In this document: one piece after another, positions 17,187-24,413 of the stretch
Layout of the letters: each line of letters begins with the position of its first letter
Position numbering within the stretch: the first letter of the stretch is position 1
Source: Chloroflexota bacterium
Lineage (GTDB): Bacteria > Chloroflexota > Limnocylindria > QHBO01
DNA length: 33,197 bases
Assembly (NCBI GenBank): GCA_031177555.1
Contig: JAPSGM010000001.1
Span: 1 to 33,197 of the forward strand
Direction: 5' to 3'
The notes under the pieces: model-generated
What the model saw: the letters and a program-made list of their open reading frames with translations, nothing else
Told to the model about the DNA's origin: nothing
Database searches by the model: none
Position numbers and translations under genes: made by a program

Positions 17187-18253
17187 CCCGCCAGCGGGGG
17201 GTCGAGGTCGCCCAAGCGCAGGGGCGTGCGCGGCACGAGGTCACGCGCCGCCCGCCGCCCGATCACGTCGTCCAGGCGCAGCGGCGAGATGCCGCCCTCC
17301 GGCCGCATCGCGTCCAGGTCCGCCGCCGCGATCCGCTCGCCCGCGCGGATGGCGCGCGTGACAACCAGCGAGCGGCGGGCCACCCGCCTCGCGTCCTCCT
17401 CTGCCACGCGGGGCTGCTTGAGGCCGTCGCCCAGCGCGACGTGGGCCTCGCGCACCGCGGCGGCCATGGCGGCGAAGGCATCGGGCTCGAGCGAGGCCGC
17501 GTGGTCCGGCCCGGGCATGGCGCGGTCCAGGGTCAGGTGCTTCTCGATCAGGGCCGCGCCCAGGGACGCCGCCGCGACCGCCACCGCGGTGCCGGGAGTG
17601 TGGTCGCTGTAGCCGACCGGCACACCGAAGCGCTCGCGCAGGGTGGCCATCGCCCGCAGGTTCGCATCGCCGGTGGCGGCCGGGTACGCGCTGGTGCAGT
17701 GCAGCAGCACCAGCGGCGGGTCGCCATGCGCGCGCAGGTCGTCCACCACGGTCGCGACCTCGTCGAGCGTGGCCATGCCCGTCGACAGCAGGACCGGCCT
17801 GCCGTGGGCGGCGACGGCCCGCAGCAGGACGAGGTTGGTCAGGTCCCCCGAGCCGACCTTGAAGGCGGGCACGCCCATCTCGGCCAGCACCTCCACCGAT
17901 GCCAGGTCGAAGGGCGTCGAGAGGAGGACCATGCCCAGCTCGGCGGTGCGCGCGGAGCACGCCCGCAGCGCGTCGGCCGACAGCTCCACGGCCCGCAGCA
18001 TCTCGACCTGGGATGCGGCGGCCGCGCGCGCCTGCTGGTAGGCGGCCTGGGGAGCGTTGGGCGTCGCCACCGCATCGGCCGAGAAGGTCTGGAACTTCAC
18101 CGCGTCGGCGCCCGAGGCGGCCGCCGCCTCCACCAGCCGCATGGCGAGCTCGGCGGAGCCGTTGTGGTTGACGCCGGCCTCGGCGACGACGAGCGGCGGC
18201 TCTCCCGCGCCGATGCGACGGCCGGCGATCTCGACCGTGCGCGCCGTGGACAC
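17183..18253 (-). CDS. neuB: Nonulosonic acid synthase (NeuB/LegI/PseI family) with C-terminal SAF domain
   Basis: 356 aa. The GTG start lies 3 nt after the upstream stop. It carries VVAEAGVNHNGS and AVKFQTF, plus a C-terminal SAF-like region RSLVVTRAIRAGERIAAADLDAMRP. Confidence 0.9.
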   Translation of the reverse strand: MSTARTVEIAGRRIGAGEPPLVVAEAGVNHNGSAELAMRLVEAAAASGADAVKFQTFSADAVATPNAPQAAYQQARAAAASQVEMLRAVELSADALRACSARTAELGMVLLSTPFDLASVEVLAEMGVPAFKVGSGDLTNLVLLRAVAAHGRPVLLSTGMATLDEVATVVDDLRAHGDPPLVLLHCTSAYPAATGDANLRAMATLRERFGVPVGYSDHTPGTAVAVAAASLGAALIEKHLTLDRAMPGPDHAASLEPDAFAAMAAAVREAHVALGDGLKQPRVAEEDARRVARRSLVVTRAIRAGERIAAADLDAMRPEGGISPLRLDDVIGRRAARDLVPRTPLRLGDLDPPLAG

Positions 18254-18256
18254 GCC

Positions 18257-19282
18257 TCAGCCCAGCGTCGGCAGCTGCTCGGGGCGCAGCCAGCCGGCTG
18301 CGTCCAGCAGGTCGCGCAGCTGCGACCGGTCCAGCAGCGGCTCGTCGGCGCGGCCCCCGCTCACCGTCCGGCCCGGCGCGCGCGGCTCCCGGCCGGGCCG
18401 CAGCACGTACATGTCGTCCACCTCGTCGGCGACGAGCGCCTCGGTTTCGGTCAGGAGCGTCTCGTGCCACTTCTCGCCCGGTCGGGCGCCGATGGTCTCG
18501 ACCGCGATCGCATCGGCGCGATAGCCGAAGAGCGGCGCATAGGCCTCGACCAGCACCTCGACCAGGTCGCCGACCCGGATGCGCGGCATCTTGAGGATGA
18601 AGACCTCGCCGCCCTCCATGCGCGACATCGCGGCGAAGCAGAGCCGCACGGCATCGGCGAGCGGCATCATGTAGCGGCTCATCTCCGGGTCGGTGACCGT
18701 CACCGGGCCCCCGCGGGCCACCTGGCCGCGGATGAGCGGCACCAGCGACCCGCGCGAGCCGATGACGTTGCCGAAGCGGACCGATGCGAAGCGCGTCGCA
18801 ACCGGCCCCTTGTAGTGCTCGGCCGCCGAGAACAGGCGCTCCTGCAGGAGCTTGGTGGCGCCCATCACGTTGGTCGGGTCGACCGCCTTGTCGGTGCCGA
18901 TGGCCAGCACCCGCTCGACGCCGGCGTCGATCGCCGCCTCGACCACGTTCTGGGTGCCGCGCACGTTCGTCTCGGTCGCCTCGAACGGGTTGAACTCGCT
19001 GGCCGGCACATGCTTCATGGCCGCCGCGTGGAAGACCAGCTCGACGCCGGACATGGCCCGATCCATCCGCCGCCGGTCGCGCACGTCGCCGATGAGCATC
19101 CGCAGCCGCGGCTCGTCGCGGTGCCGCTGCGCCAGCTCGAACTGCTTGGAATCGTCGCGCGAGATGACGCGTACCACCTGCGGCGTATCGGCCAGCAGCG
19201 CCTCGACGATGGCGCCGCCGATCGACCCGGTCCCGCCGGTCACCAGCACGCGACGGTCGGCGAAGAAGGAGGCCGCGCTCAT
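18257..19282 (-). CDS. UDP-N-acetylglucosamine 4,6-dehydratase (Polysacc_synt_2; PseB/FlaA1/PglF-type SDR)
   Basis: Starts at ATG 19282 inside ORF 18257-19753, with an ATGA overlap with the aminotransferase stop. It carries VLVTGGTGSIGGAIV, FHAAAMKHVP and TDKAVDPTNVMGATK. Confidence 0.88.
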   Translation of the reverse strand: MSAASFFADRRVLVTGGTGSIGGAIVEALLADTPQVVRVISRDDSKQFELAQRHRDEPRLRMLIGDVRDRRRMDRAMSGVELVFHAAAMKHVPASEFNPFEATETNVRGTQNVVEAAIDAGVERVLAIGTDKAVDPTNVMGATKLLQERLFSAAEHYKGPVATRFASVRFGNVIGSRGSLVPLIRGQVARGGPVTVTDPEMSRYMMPLADAVRLCFAAMSRMEGGEVFILKMPRIRVGDLVEVLVEAYAPLFGYRADAIAVETIGARPGEKWHETLLTETEALVADEVDDMYVLRPGREPRAPGRTVSGGRADEPLLDRSQLRDLLDAAGWLRPEQLPTLG

Positions 19283-20421
19283 GCCGCGCCCTGCTCGCGG
19301 ACGGCCGAGACCAGCGCCTCGCAGACGCGGTCGAGCTGCTCGTCGGTGAGCCGCGAGGAGAAGGGGAGCGCCAGCGTGGACGTGGCCACCCGCTCGGTCA
19401 CCGGGAAGTCGCCCGGCCGGAAGCCGAAGTGCTCGCGATAGAACGGCTGCAGGTGGATCGGGCTGAAGTAGGGTCTCGCCTGGACGCCGCGCTCGGCCAG
19501 CTGGCCGATGAGCCGGTCCCGGTCGATGCGCTGGTCCAGGCGGAGCACGTGGACGAACCAGTCGACCTTCGCACCGGGCGCCGCCTCCGGCAGCCGCAGC
19601 CAGTCGTGGCCGGACAGCCGCTCGCGATAGCCCGCGACGACCCGCCGGCGGCCGGCCCCCAGCTCGTCGCGACGCCGCAGCTGGGCCACCCCCAGGGCGG
19701 CGGACATCTCGTCGAGGCGGTAGTTGAACCCCAGGCGCACGTGCCGCAGCCACGTGCCGTCCTGGTCGCGCCCCTGGTTGCGCATGCTGCGGATCGCATC
19801 GGCGAGCTCGTCGTCATCGGTCACTACCATGCCGCCCTCCCCGGTGGTGATCTGCTTGTTCGGGTAGAAGGCGAAGGTGCCGATGCGGCCCCAGCCGCCC
19901 ATCGGGCGTCCGTCCAGCGTGGAGCCGAGCGCCTCGCACGCATCCTCGATGAGCGGCACGCCGGCGCGCTCCGCAAGCGCCGCGAGGTCGCGCAGCCGGC
20001 ACGGGTTGCCGAAGACGTCCACCGGCAGGACGGCGCGCGTCGCGCCGCTGATCGCCGCTTCGGCGCGCTCCGGGTCGAGGCCCAGCGTCTCCTCCTCGAC
20101 GTCGGCGAAGGCTGGCGTCGCCCCCTCGTACAGCACGCAGTTGCTGCTGGCCACGAAGCTGAAGGGAGTCGTGACCACCTCGTCTCCGGGACCGATGCCC
20201 AGGGCTCGCACGGCGAGGTGCAGGGCGGCCGTGCCGCTGCTCACCGCGACGGCGTGCCGCGTCCGGGCGAGCGCCGCCACGCCACGCTCGAACTCCTCGG
20301 TGAACGGGCCCATGGCCAGCGTGTCGCCGGCGAGCACCTGGCCCACCAGCTCGCGCTCCAGCGTCCCGATGTCCGGCTGCGCCAGCGGGACGCGGGTCAC
20401 CGTGCGGGCCACGTTCGTCAT
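19279..20421 (-). CDS. DegT/DnrJ/EryC1-family PLP aminotransferase (sugar-nucleotide 4-aminotransferase, LegC/PglE/PseC-like)
   Basis: 380 aa. It carries LAQPDIG...E, AVSSGTAALHLA and FAFYPNKQITTGEGGMVVT (the PLP-lysine block). Confidence 0.9.
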   Translation of the reverse strand: MTNVARTVTRVPLAQPDIGTLERELVGQVLAGDTLAMGPFTEEFERGVAALARTRHAVAVSSGTAALHLAVRALGIGPGDEVVTTPFSFVASSNCVLYEGATPAFADVEEETLGLDPERAEAAISGATRAVLPVDVFGNPCRLRDLAALAERAGVPLIEDACEALGSTLDGRPMGGWGRIGTFAFYPNKQITTGEGGMVVTDDDELADAIRSMRNQGRDQDGTWLRHVRLGFNYRLDEMSAALGVAQLRRRDELGAGRRRVVAGYRERLSGHDWLRLPEAAPGAKVDWFVHVLRLDQRIDRDRLIGQLAERGVQARPYFSPIHLQPFYREHFGFRPGDFPVTERVATSTLALPFSSRLTDEQLDRVCEALVSAVREQGAA

Positions 20422-20430
20422 CGGCCCGCC

Positions 20431-20436
20431 ATTCTA
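20431..20436 (-). promoter_or_regulatory. Putative internal -10 hexamer TAGAAT ahead of the aminotransferase gene
   Basis: The minus strand reads TGA (neuC stop), TGGCCGG, TAGAAT, GGCGGGCCG (9 nt), then ATG at 20421. Confidence 0.3.
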
Positions 20437-20443
20437 CCGGCCA

Positions 20444-21601
20444 TCAGGCGGCCGACCCCGGCGGCCGCTTGGCGCGGAGGCGCTCGTCGAGCGGCATGCC
20501 CGCCAGCAGGTCCAGGATGCGAGGGGCGGCACGGCCGTCGCCGTACGGCGACGTGCGTGACAGGCCGTCGCGGAATCGCGGCTCGATGGCGCGCCGGATG
20601 GCGTCGGCGACGGCGGCGGCGTCCGGCGGCGCGTCGATGACGTTGTCGCCGCGCGTGCGTCCCTCCTGCCGCCGCCCGACGTTCACCGCCGGGAGCCCCA
20701 GCAGCGGCGCCTCGATGATCGCGCTGGACGAGTTGCCGACCAGCGCCGCCGCCCCGCCCAGCAGGGTCGCGAACTCGGCGCGCGGCAGCGACGCCACCGC
20801 CCGGAGCGGCAGGTCGGCGCGCCGCAGGCGATCGATCATGGCGCGGCCGCCGGCATCGGCGTTGGGGAAGATGACCAGCGCCGGGAGCCCGACCGCGCGC
20901 ACGCCGTCCAGGGTAGCGTCGAGGTCCTGCGCGGCCCGCTCCGCGCCGACCGTCTCGGGGTGCTGCATCACCAGCAGGTACGCGCCGGCCGCCGGGAGGC
21001 CGTGCCGCGTGCGCAGCGCCCCGCGGTCGCCGCTCGCCTCCTCGCGCAGCCGGTCGAGTCCCGGCGCCCCGACGCGCCGGATGCGCCACGCCTCCTCGCC
21101 CATCGCCTCCAGGCGTCGAGCGGCGTCCTCGGTGGCCACCAGGTGCAGGTTCGCGATGCGCGTGACGAGATCCCGCACGGTGTCGTCCACGGCGCCGCGC
21201 GTCACCTCGCCGCCGTGCAGGTGCGCCACGGCGACGCCGGCGTGCAGGGCGGCGAGGCCGGCGGCCAGCTGCTCCCCGCGGTCGCCGAGCAGCAGCAGCC
21301 AGTCCGGGCGCTCCCCGGCGACGACCGGCGCCATGCCCATGACCGCCTGCCCGATGGCCGCGGCCATCTCGACCCGGCTGTCGCCGGCCGGCGTGCAGGG
21401 CACCTCGGCGGCGATCGCGTGGCCGGAGCGGCGCACCTCCTCGACCGTGCGGCCGAAACGGGGGTCGAGGTGCATCGCCGTCACCAGCAGGCTTGCGTCG
21501 AACCCTGGAGCGCGGCGGCGTGCCTCGTCCAGGACCGGCAGCCACACGCCGAAGTCGGCGCGGGAGCCCGTCACCGCCATGAGACGCAGCGTGGCGGTCA
21601 T
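20444..21601 (-). CDS. neuC: Hydrolysing UDP-sugar 2-epimerase (NeuC/LegG family)
   Basis: 385 aa. It carries LMAVTGSRADFG, VAHLHGGEVTRGAVDD and LVGNSSSAIIEAPLLGLPAVNVGRRQEGR. The ATG overlaps the upstream stop (ATGA). Confidence 0.88.
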   Translation of the reverse strand: MTATLRLMAVTGSRADFGVWLPVLDEARRRAPGFDASLLVTAMHLDPRFGRTVEEVRRSGHAIAAEVPCTPAGDSRVEMAAAIGQAVMGMAPVVAGERPDWLLLLGDRGEQLAAGLAALHAGVAVAHLHGGEVTRGAVDDTVRDLVTRIANLHLVATEDAARRLEAMGEEAWRIRRVGAPGLDRLREEASGDRGALRTRHGLPAAGAYLLVMQHPETVGAERAAQDLDATLDGVRAVGLPALVIFPNADAGGRAMIDRLRRADLPLRAVASLPRAEFATLLGGAAALVGNSSSAIIEAPLLGLPAVNVGRRQEGRTRGDNVIDAPPDAAAVADAIRRAIEPRFRDGLSRTSPYGDGRAAPRILDLLAGMPLDERLRAKRPPGSAA

Positions 21602-23067
21602 GCCGCCGAGCGCCGCGGGTTCCCGCGCGCCAGCGAGAGCATCAGCCGCGCCGCGCGCTCCGAGGCGCGTCCGTCCAGCGCTCCCAGCCGCTCCGCCGCG
21701 ACCCGGCGCGCGCGCTCGACGGCCCTCCGCCTCGCAGCCTCGGCCCGCAGCTCGGATGCGGCTCGGGCGGCCGACGCCTCGTCCGATGCAGCCACGGCCA
21801 GGCCGTCCGCCGCGAAGTCGACCGGCGCCACGCCGCCCGGGTTGACGGCAATGGCCGGGATGCCGGCCACGGCCGCCTCGAACACCGCGTTCGACCAGCC
21901 GGTCACCAGCAGCGCCGCGCCGGCGATCTCGCCATGCAGGCCCGTCCCGGCGGCCAGCCTCACCGGCACTTCGGTCCCTGGCATGCCGGCGACGAGGCCG
22001 GCTGCCGTGCCGGACCGCTCCGCCGGGTGGGGCGCCACCACCAGCTCGCCGGCCCCGAACGCACCGGCCGCCGCGACCGCCGCGCGGAAGCAGGCCGCCA
22101 GGACGCCGTGGGTCATGGCGCCGGTGGGATACTGGGCGGCGAACACCACGCGCCGCTCGCCCAGCGAGGCCGCGGCGCCGACGGCGCCGAGCCGAACCAG
22201 CGGGTCGAAGCGCGGCGCGCCGATCTCGACGATCCGCTCCGGCGGAATCCCCGCGGCGCGCAGCACGGCCGTGGCGCGAGGCCCGTAGGTCGCCATGCAG
22301 TCGTACGCCGCCCCCTCGATGGCCGTCGCGTCGGCCGCCTCGGCGTGCGGCAAGTCCAGGCTGGGAATGCCGCGGCGACGCGCCACCTCGGGCAGCAGGC
22401 GCGCCCAGGTCCCGATCTCGTCGAGCCCCGCCAGCAGGCCGGGGCCCCAGCGGCGGGCGACCGAGAGCAGCGCCGCCGCGCCGAGCTCGATCCGTCCCGC
22501 CTCGTCGGCGGCGACCTGGCGCAGCTCGGCGGCCCGCGCCTCCCCGACCCGGCGCGCCCAGGCGCCGCCGGCCGCGGCCAGGGCCCGCGCGACGATCGGC
22601 CCATGCGCCATGGCGCGCAACGCGAGCGACGGTTCCATGAGCTCGACCAGCCGCGGCGCCACCGCGTGCGCCGGCGCGACCGCCGCGGCCCGACCGACAC
22701 GAATCAGCGCCAGCGACTCGCCGGCGGTCGACTGGAGCTCCGCCTCGACCTGGGCGAGGACCGGGTAGTGGGTCGGCTCGCGCACCAGCACGACCAGCGG
22801 CGCGCCACCGGTCCGCGGCAGCCGCCAGGCCATCAGCCCCACGCCCGCGGCGGCGGCGGGCCGCAGGACGGCGGCCGCTCCGGAGGCGAGCCGGCCGAGC
22901 GAGCCCTTCTCGGCACGGCGCTCGTCCCGGATCGCGAAGAACAGCTGCTGCTCCAGCGCCCCGCCGAGCTCCACGCCCTCGAACCGGATCGCGCCCGGGG
23001 ATGCCCGCCGCAGGTCCGTCACGAGCTCGCGCGCCTGGTCCCGCGCGGCGGCGGGATCGGGGCTCAC
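21598..23067 (-). CDS. Unclassified GT-B-like protein; candidate CMP-nonulosonate (legionaminic-acid) transferase
   Basis: Only the C-terminal 489 codons of the 855-aa track ORF are free of overlap with better-supported genes. I set the start to GTG 23067, which forms a GTGA overlap with the stop of the neuD-like gene. The stop overlaps the neuC start. I cannot name a family. IGAPRFDPL, VVAPHPAERS and LVTGWSNAVFEAAVAGIPAI resemble the HP-motif and nucleotide-binding blocks of cytidine-nucleotide-dependent GT-B enzymes (TagF, KpsS/KpsC, bacterial sialyltransferases). Confidence 0.6.
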   Translation of the reverse strand: MSPDPAAARDQARELVTDLRRASPGAIRFEGVELGGALEQQLFFAIRDERRAEKGSLGRLASGAAAVLRPAAAAGVGLMAWRLPRTGGAPLVVLVREPTHYPVLAQVEAELQSTAGESLALIRVGRAAAVAPAHAVAPRLVELMEPSLALRAMAHGPIVARALAAAGGAWARRVGEARAAELRQVAADEAGRIELGAAALLSVARRWGPGLLAGLDEIGTWARLLPEVARRRGIPSLDLPHAEAADATAIEGAAYDCMATYGPRATAVLRAAGIPPERIVEIGAPRFDPLVRLGAVGAAASLGERRVVFAAQYPTGAMTHGVLAACFRAAVAAAGAFGAGELVVAPHPAERSGTAAGLVAGMPGTEVPVRLAAGTGLHGEIAGAALLVTGWSNAVFEAAVAGIPAIAVNPGGVAPVDFAADGLAVAASDEASAARAASELRAEAARRRAVERARRVAAERLGALDGRASERAARLMLSLARGNPRRSAA

Positions 23068-23696
23068 GTCGCCATCTGGCGCGCCGGGACGCCGGCCACC
23101 CGCGCGCCGGCCGGCACGTCGTCGACGACCATGGCGCCCCCGGCTACGACCGCCCACTCGCCGATGCGGCAGCCCTCCCGGACGGCGGCGCCGATGCCGA
23201 CGAAGGCGCCCTCGCCCAAGGTCACGCGCCCGGCCAGGTGCGCGCCGGGTGCCACCGTGGCGTGCGGGCCGACCACGTCGTCGTGGTCCACGCTGGCCCC
23301 CGTGTTGACGACCGCATCGGCGCCAACCCTGGCCGCAAGACCGATGACGGCGCCGGCGCAGACCATCGCGCCCGGCTCGACGGACGCGCCGGCCAGCAGG
23401 TGGGCGGTGGGATGGACGGCGGCGACCGGCGTCAGGCCCAGGGCCAGGCAGCGCTCGAACGCCTCGCGGCGGGCGTGGTTGTCGCCCAGCGCCACGACGA
23501 AGCGCGTATCGCCCGACGCCCACTCCGGCTGGCCGGCCAGGGAGCCGAGGACCGGCAGCCCCTCGACCTCGCGCGCGACCGACGCCGGAACTGGGCCGGC
23601 TTCCACGAAGCCGCCCGGCGCCTCTCCGGCGGCGCGCAGGATCTCCAGGACGACGCGCCCGTGGTCGCCCGCCCCGACGATGACGAGGGGGCTCAT
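23064..23696 (-). CDS. neuD: Hexapeptide-repeat sugar N-acetyltransferase (NeuD/PglD/LegH family)
   Basis: 210 aa, starting at ATG 23696 with an ATGA overlap with the neuA-like stop. LVIVGAGDHGRVVLE forms the N-terminal domain. It is followed by left-handed beta-helix repeats (GASVEPGAMVCAGAVIG, VGADAVVNTGASVDHD, GAFVGIGAAV). Confidence 0.85.
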   Translation of the reverse strand: MSPLVIVGAGDHGRVVLEILRAAGEAPGGFVEAGPVPASVAREVEGLPVLGSLAGQPEWASGDTRFVVALGDNHARREAFERCLALGLTPVAAVHPTAHLLAGASVEPGAMVCAGAVIGLAARVGADAVVNTGASVDHDDVVGPHATVAPGAHLAGRVTLGEGAFVGIGAAVREGCRIGEWAVVAGGAMVVDDVPAGARVAGVPARQMAT

Positions 23697-24352
23697 CGGC
23701 GGCCGGCCCGCCAGGCGCGCCGCGCCGCCTGCAGGTCCGCCTCCGAGTCCACGTCGATTGCCGCGGGGCCGCCGGTGACGTGGGCCGCGGGGCACTCGTC
23801 GAGCAGCCGTCCCTCGGCGAGCAGATGTCGGCGCGTCGCGTACACGCCGCCGGTGATGCGGACCGCCTCGGCGTCCGGCGCGGCGGTACGCGTGAACCGT
23901 CCGGCCGACAGCCAGCCGGCGGCGCCGGCCGGGAGGTCGAGCGGCGCGACGCTGACCGCCGAGCGCACCGCCGGGTCGTCGAGCAGGGCGACGACGGCGT
24001 CGATCTCGGCGCCGGGCCGCAGGGGCGTGGTGGCCTGCAGCGTGAGGACGACGTCCACCGGCTCGCCGCGCTCCTCCAGCCACGAGACCGCGTGCCGGAT
24101 GACGGGCAGCGTGGGGGTGTCGTCCGCGGCGAGCTCGGCCGGTCGCAGGAACGGGGCTTCGGCACCGGCCCGGGCGGCGGCGCGGGCGATCGCCGGATCG
24201 TCGGTGGAGACGATGACCCTGTCGACCCGCCGTGCCTCGCGCGCCGCGCGGATCGTGTGCGCGATCAGCGGCTGCCCGCCGAGCAGCCGCAGGTGCTTCC
24301 GCGGCAGCCGCTTCGAGCCGCCCCGGGCCGGGATGATCGCCACCGTCGCCAT
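23693..24352 (-). CDS. neuA: Acylneuraminate/nonulosonate cytidylyltransferase (CMP-sugar synthetase, NeuA/LegF family)
   Basis: Starts at ATG 24352 inside ORF 23693-24637 and encodes 219 aa. It carries MATVAIIPARGGSKRLPRKHLRLLGGQPLIAHTI and VIVSTDD. Confidence 0.88.
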   Translation of the reverse strand: MATVAIIPARGGSKRLPRKHLRLLGGQPLIAHTIRAAREARRVDRVIVSTDDPAIARAAARAGAEAPFLRPAELAADDTPTLPVIRHAVSWLEERGEPVDVVLTLQATTPLRPGAEIDAVVALLDDPAVRSAVSVAPLDLPAGAAGWLSAGRFTRTAAPDAEAVRITGGVYATRRHLLAEGRLLDECPAAHVTGGPAAIDVDSEADLQAARRAWRAGRR

Positions 24353-24360
24353 CGGGCTGC

Positions 24361-24366
24361 ATTCTA
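24361..24366 (-). promoter_or_regulatory. Putative -10 hexamer TAGAAT for the neuA-led nonulosonate operon (leaderless-type spacing)
   Basis: On the minus strand the sequence reads TAGAAT, then 8 nt (GCAGCCCG), then ATG at 24352. There is no Shine-Dalgarno in between. Confidence 0.4.
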
Positions 24367-24400
24367 GGGCCGCCCCCCGCCCCGCCCCGCCGCGGGCCGA

Positions 24401-24406
24401 TAGAAT
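24401..24406 (+). promoter_or_regulatory. Putative -10 hexamer TAGAAT for Wzy-like copy 2 (leaderless-type spacing)
   Basis: On the plus strand the sequence reads TAGAAT, then 7 nt (CCGGCCG), then GTG at 24414. It mirrors the hexamer at 24361-24366. Confidence 0.4.
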
Positions 24407-24413
24407 CCGGCCG

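Noticed and set aside
16796-19441. 881-aa plus-strand ORF spanning ppa, the synthase and the dehydratase region (the longest but one in the track), plus 17241-18470 (409 aa)
   Set aside because: It overlaps three genes that have strong family motifs, in other frames or on the other strand. Its composition is dominated by R/A/G/H/D with no domain-like segments.
20418-23778. Cluster of long ORFs (20418-21545, 20469-21845, 20960-22288, 21934-23778) around the epimerase and GT-B genes
   Set aside because: All are alternative frames of supported genes, and their translations are Arg/Ala/Pro runs.
23068-24165. N-terminal 366 codons of the 855-aa ORF 21598-24165, and likewise 23001-24413 of the 981-aa ORF and 7325-7852 of the 627-aa ORF
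   Set aside because: These extensions overlap the neuD-like gene, the neuA-like gene and a sulfotransferase gene in other frames. They are low-complexity, and internal starts with GTGA overlaps or an SD explain the real proteins.
24367-24400. Possible G-quadruplex on the minus strand (GGGG-C-GGGG-C-GGGGGG) in the divergent promoter core
   Set aside because: There are only three clear G-runs of 3 or more, and the fourth would require splitting a run with no proper loop. G/C tracts are also expected by chance in this composition. I keep it only as a description of the G/C core.
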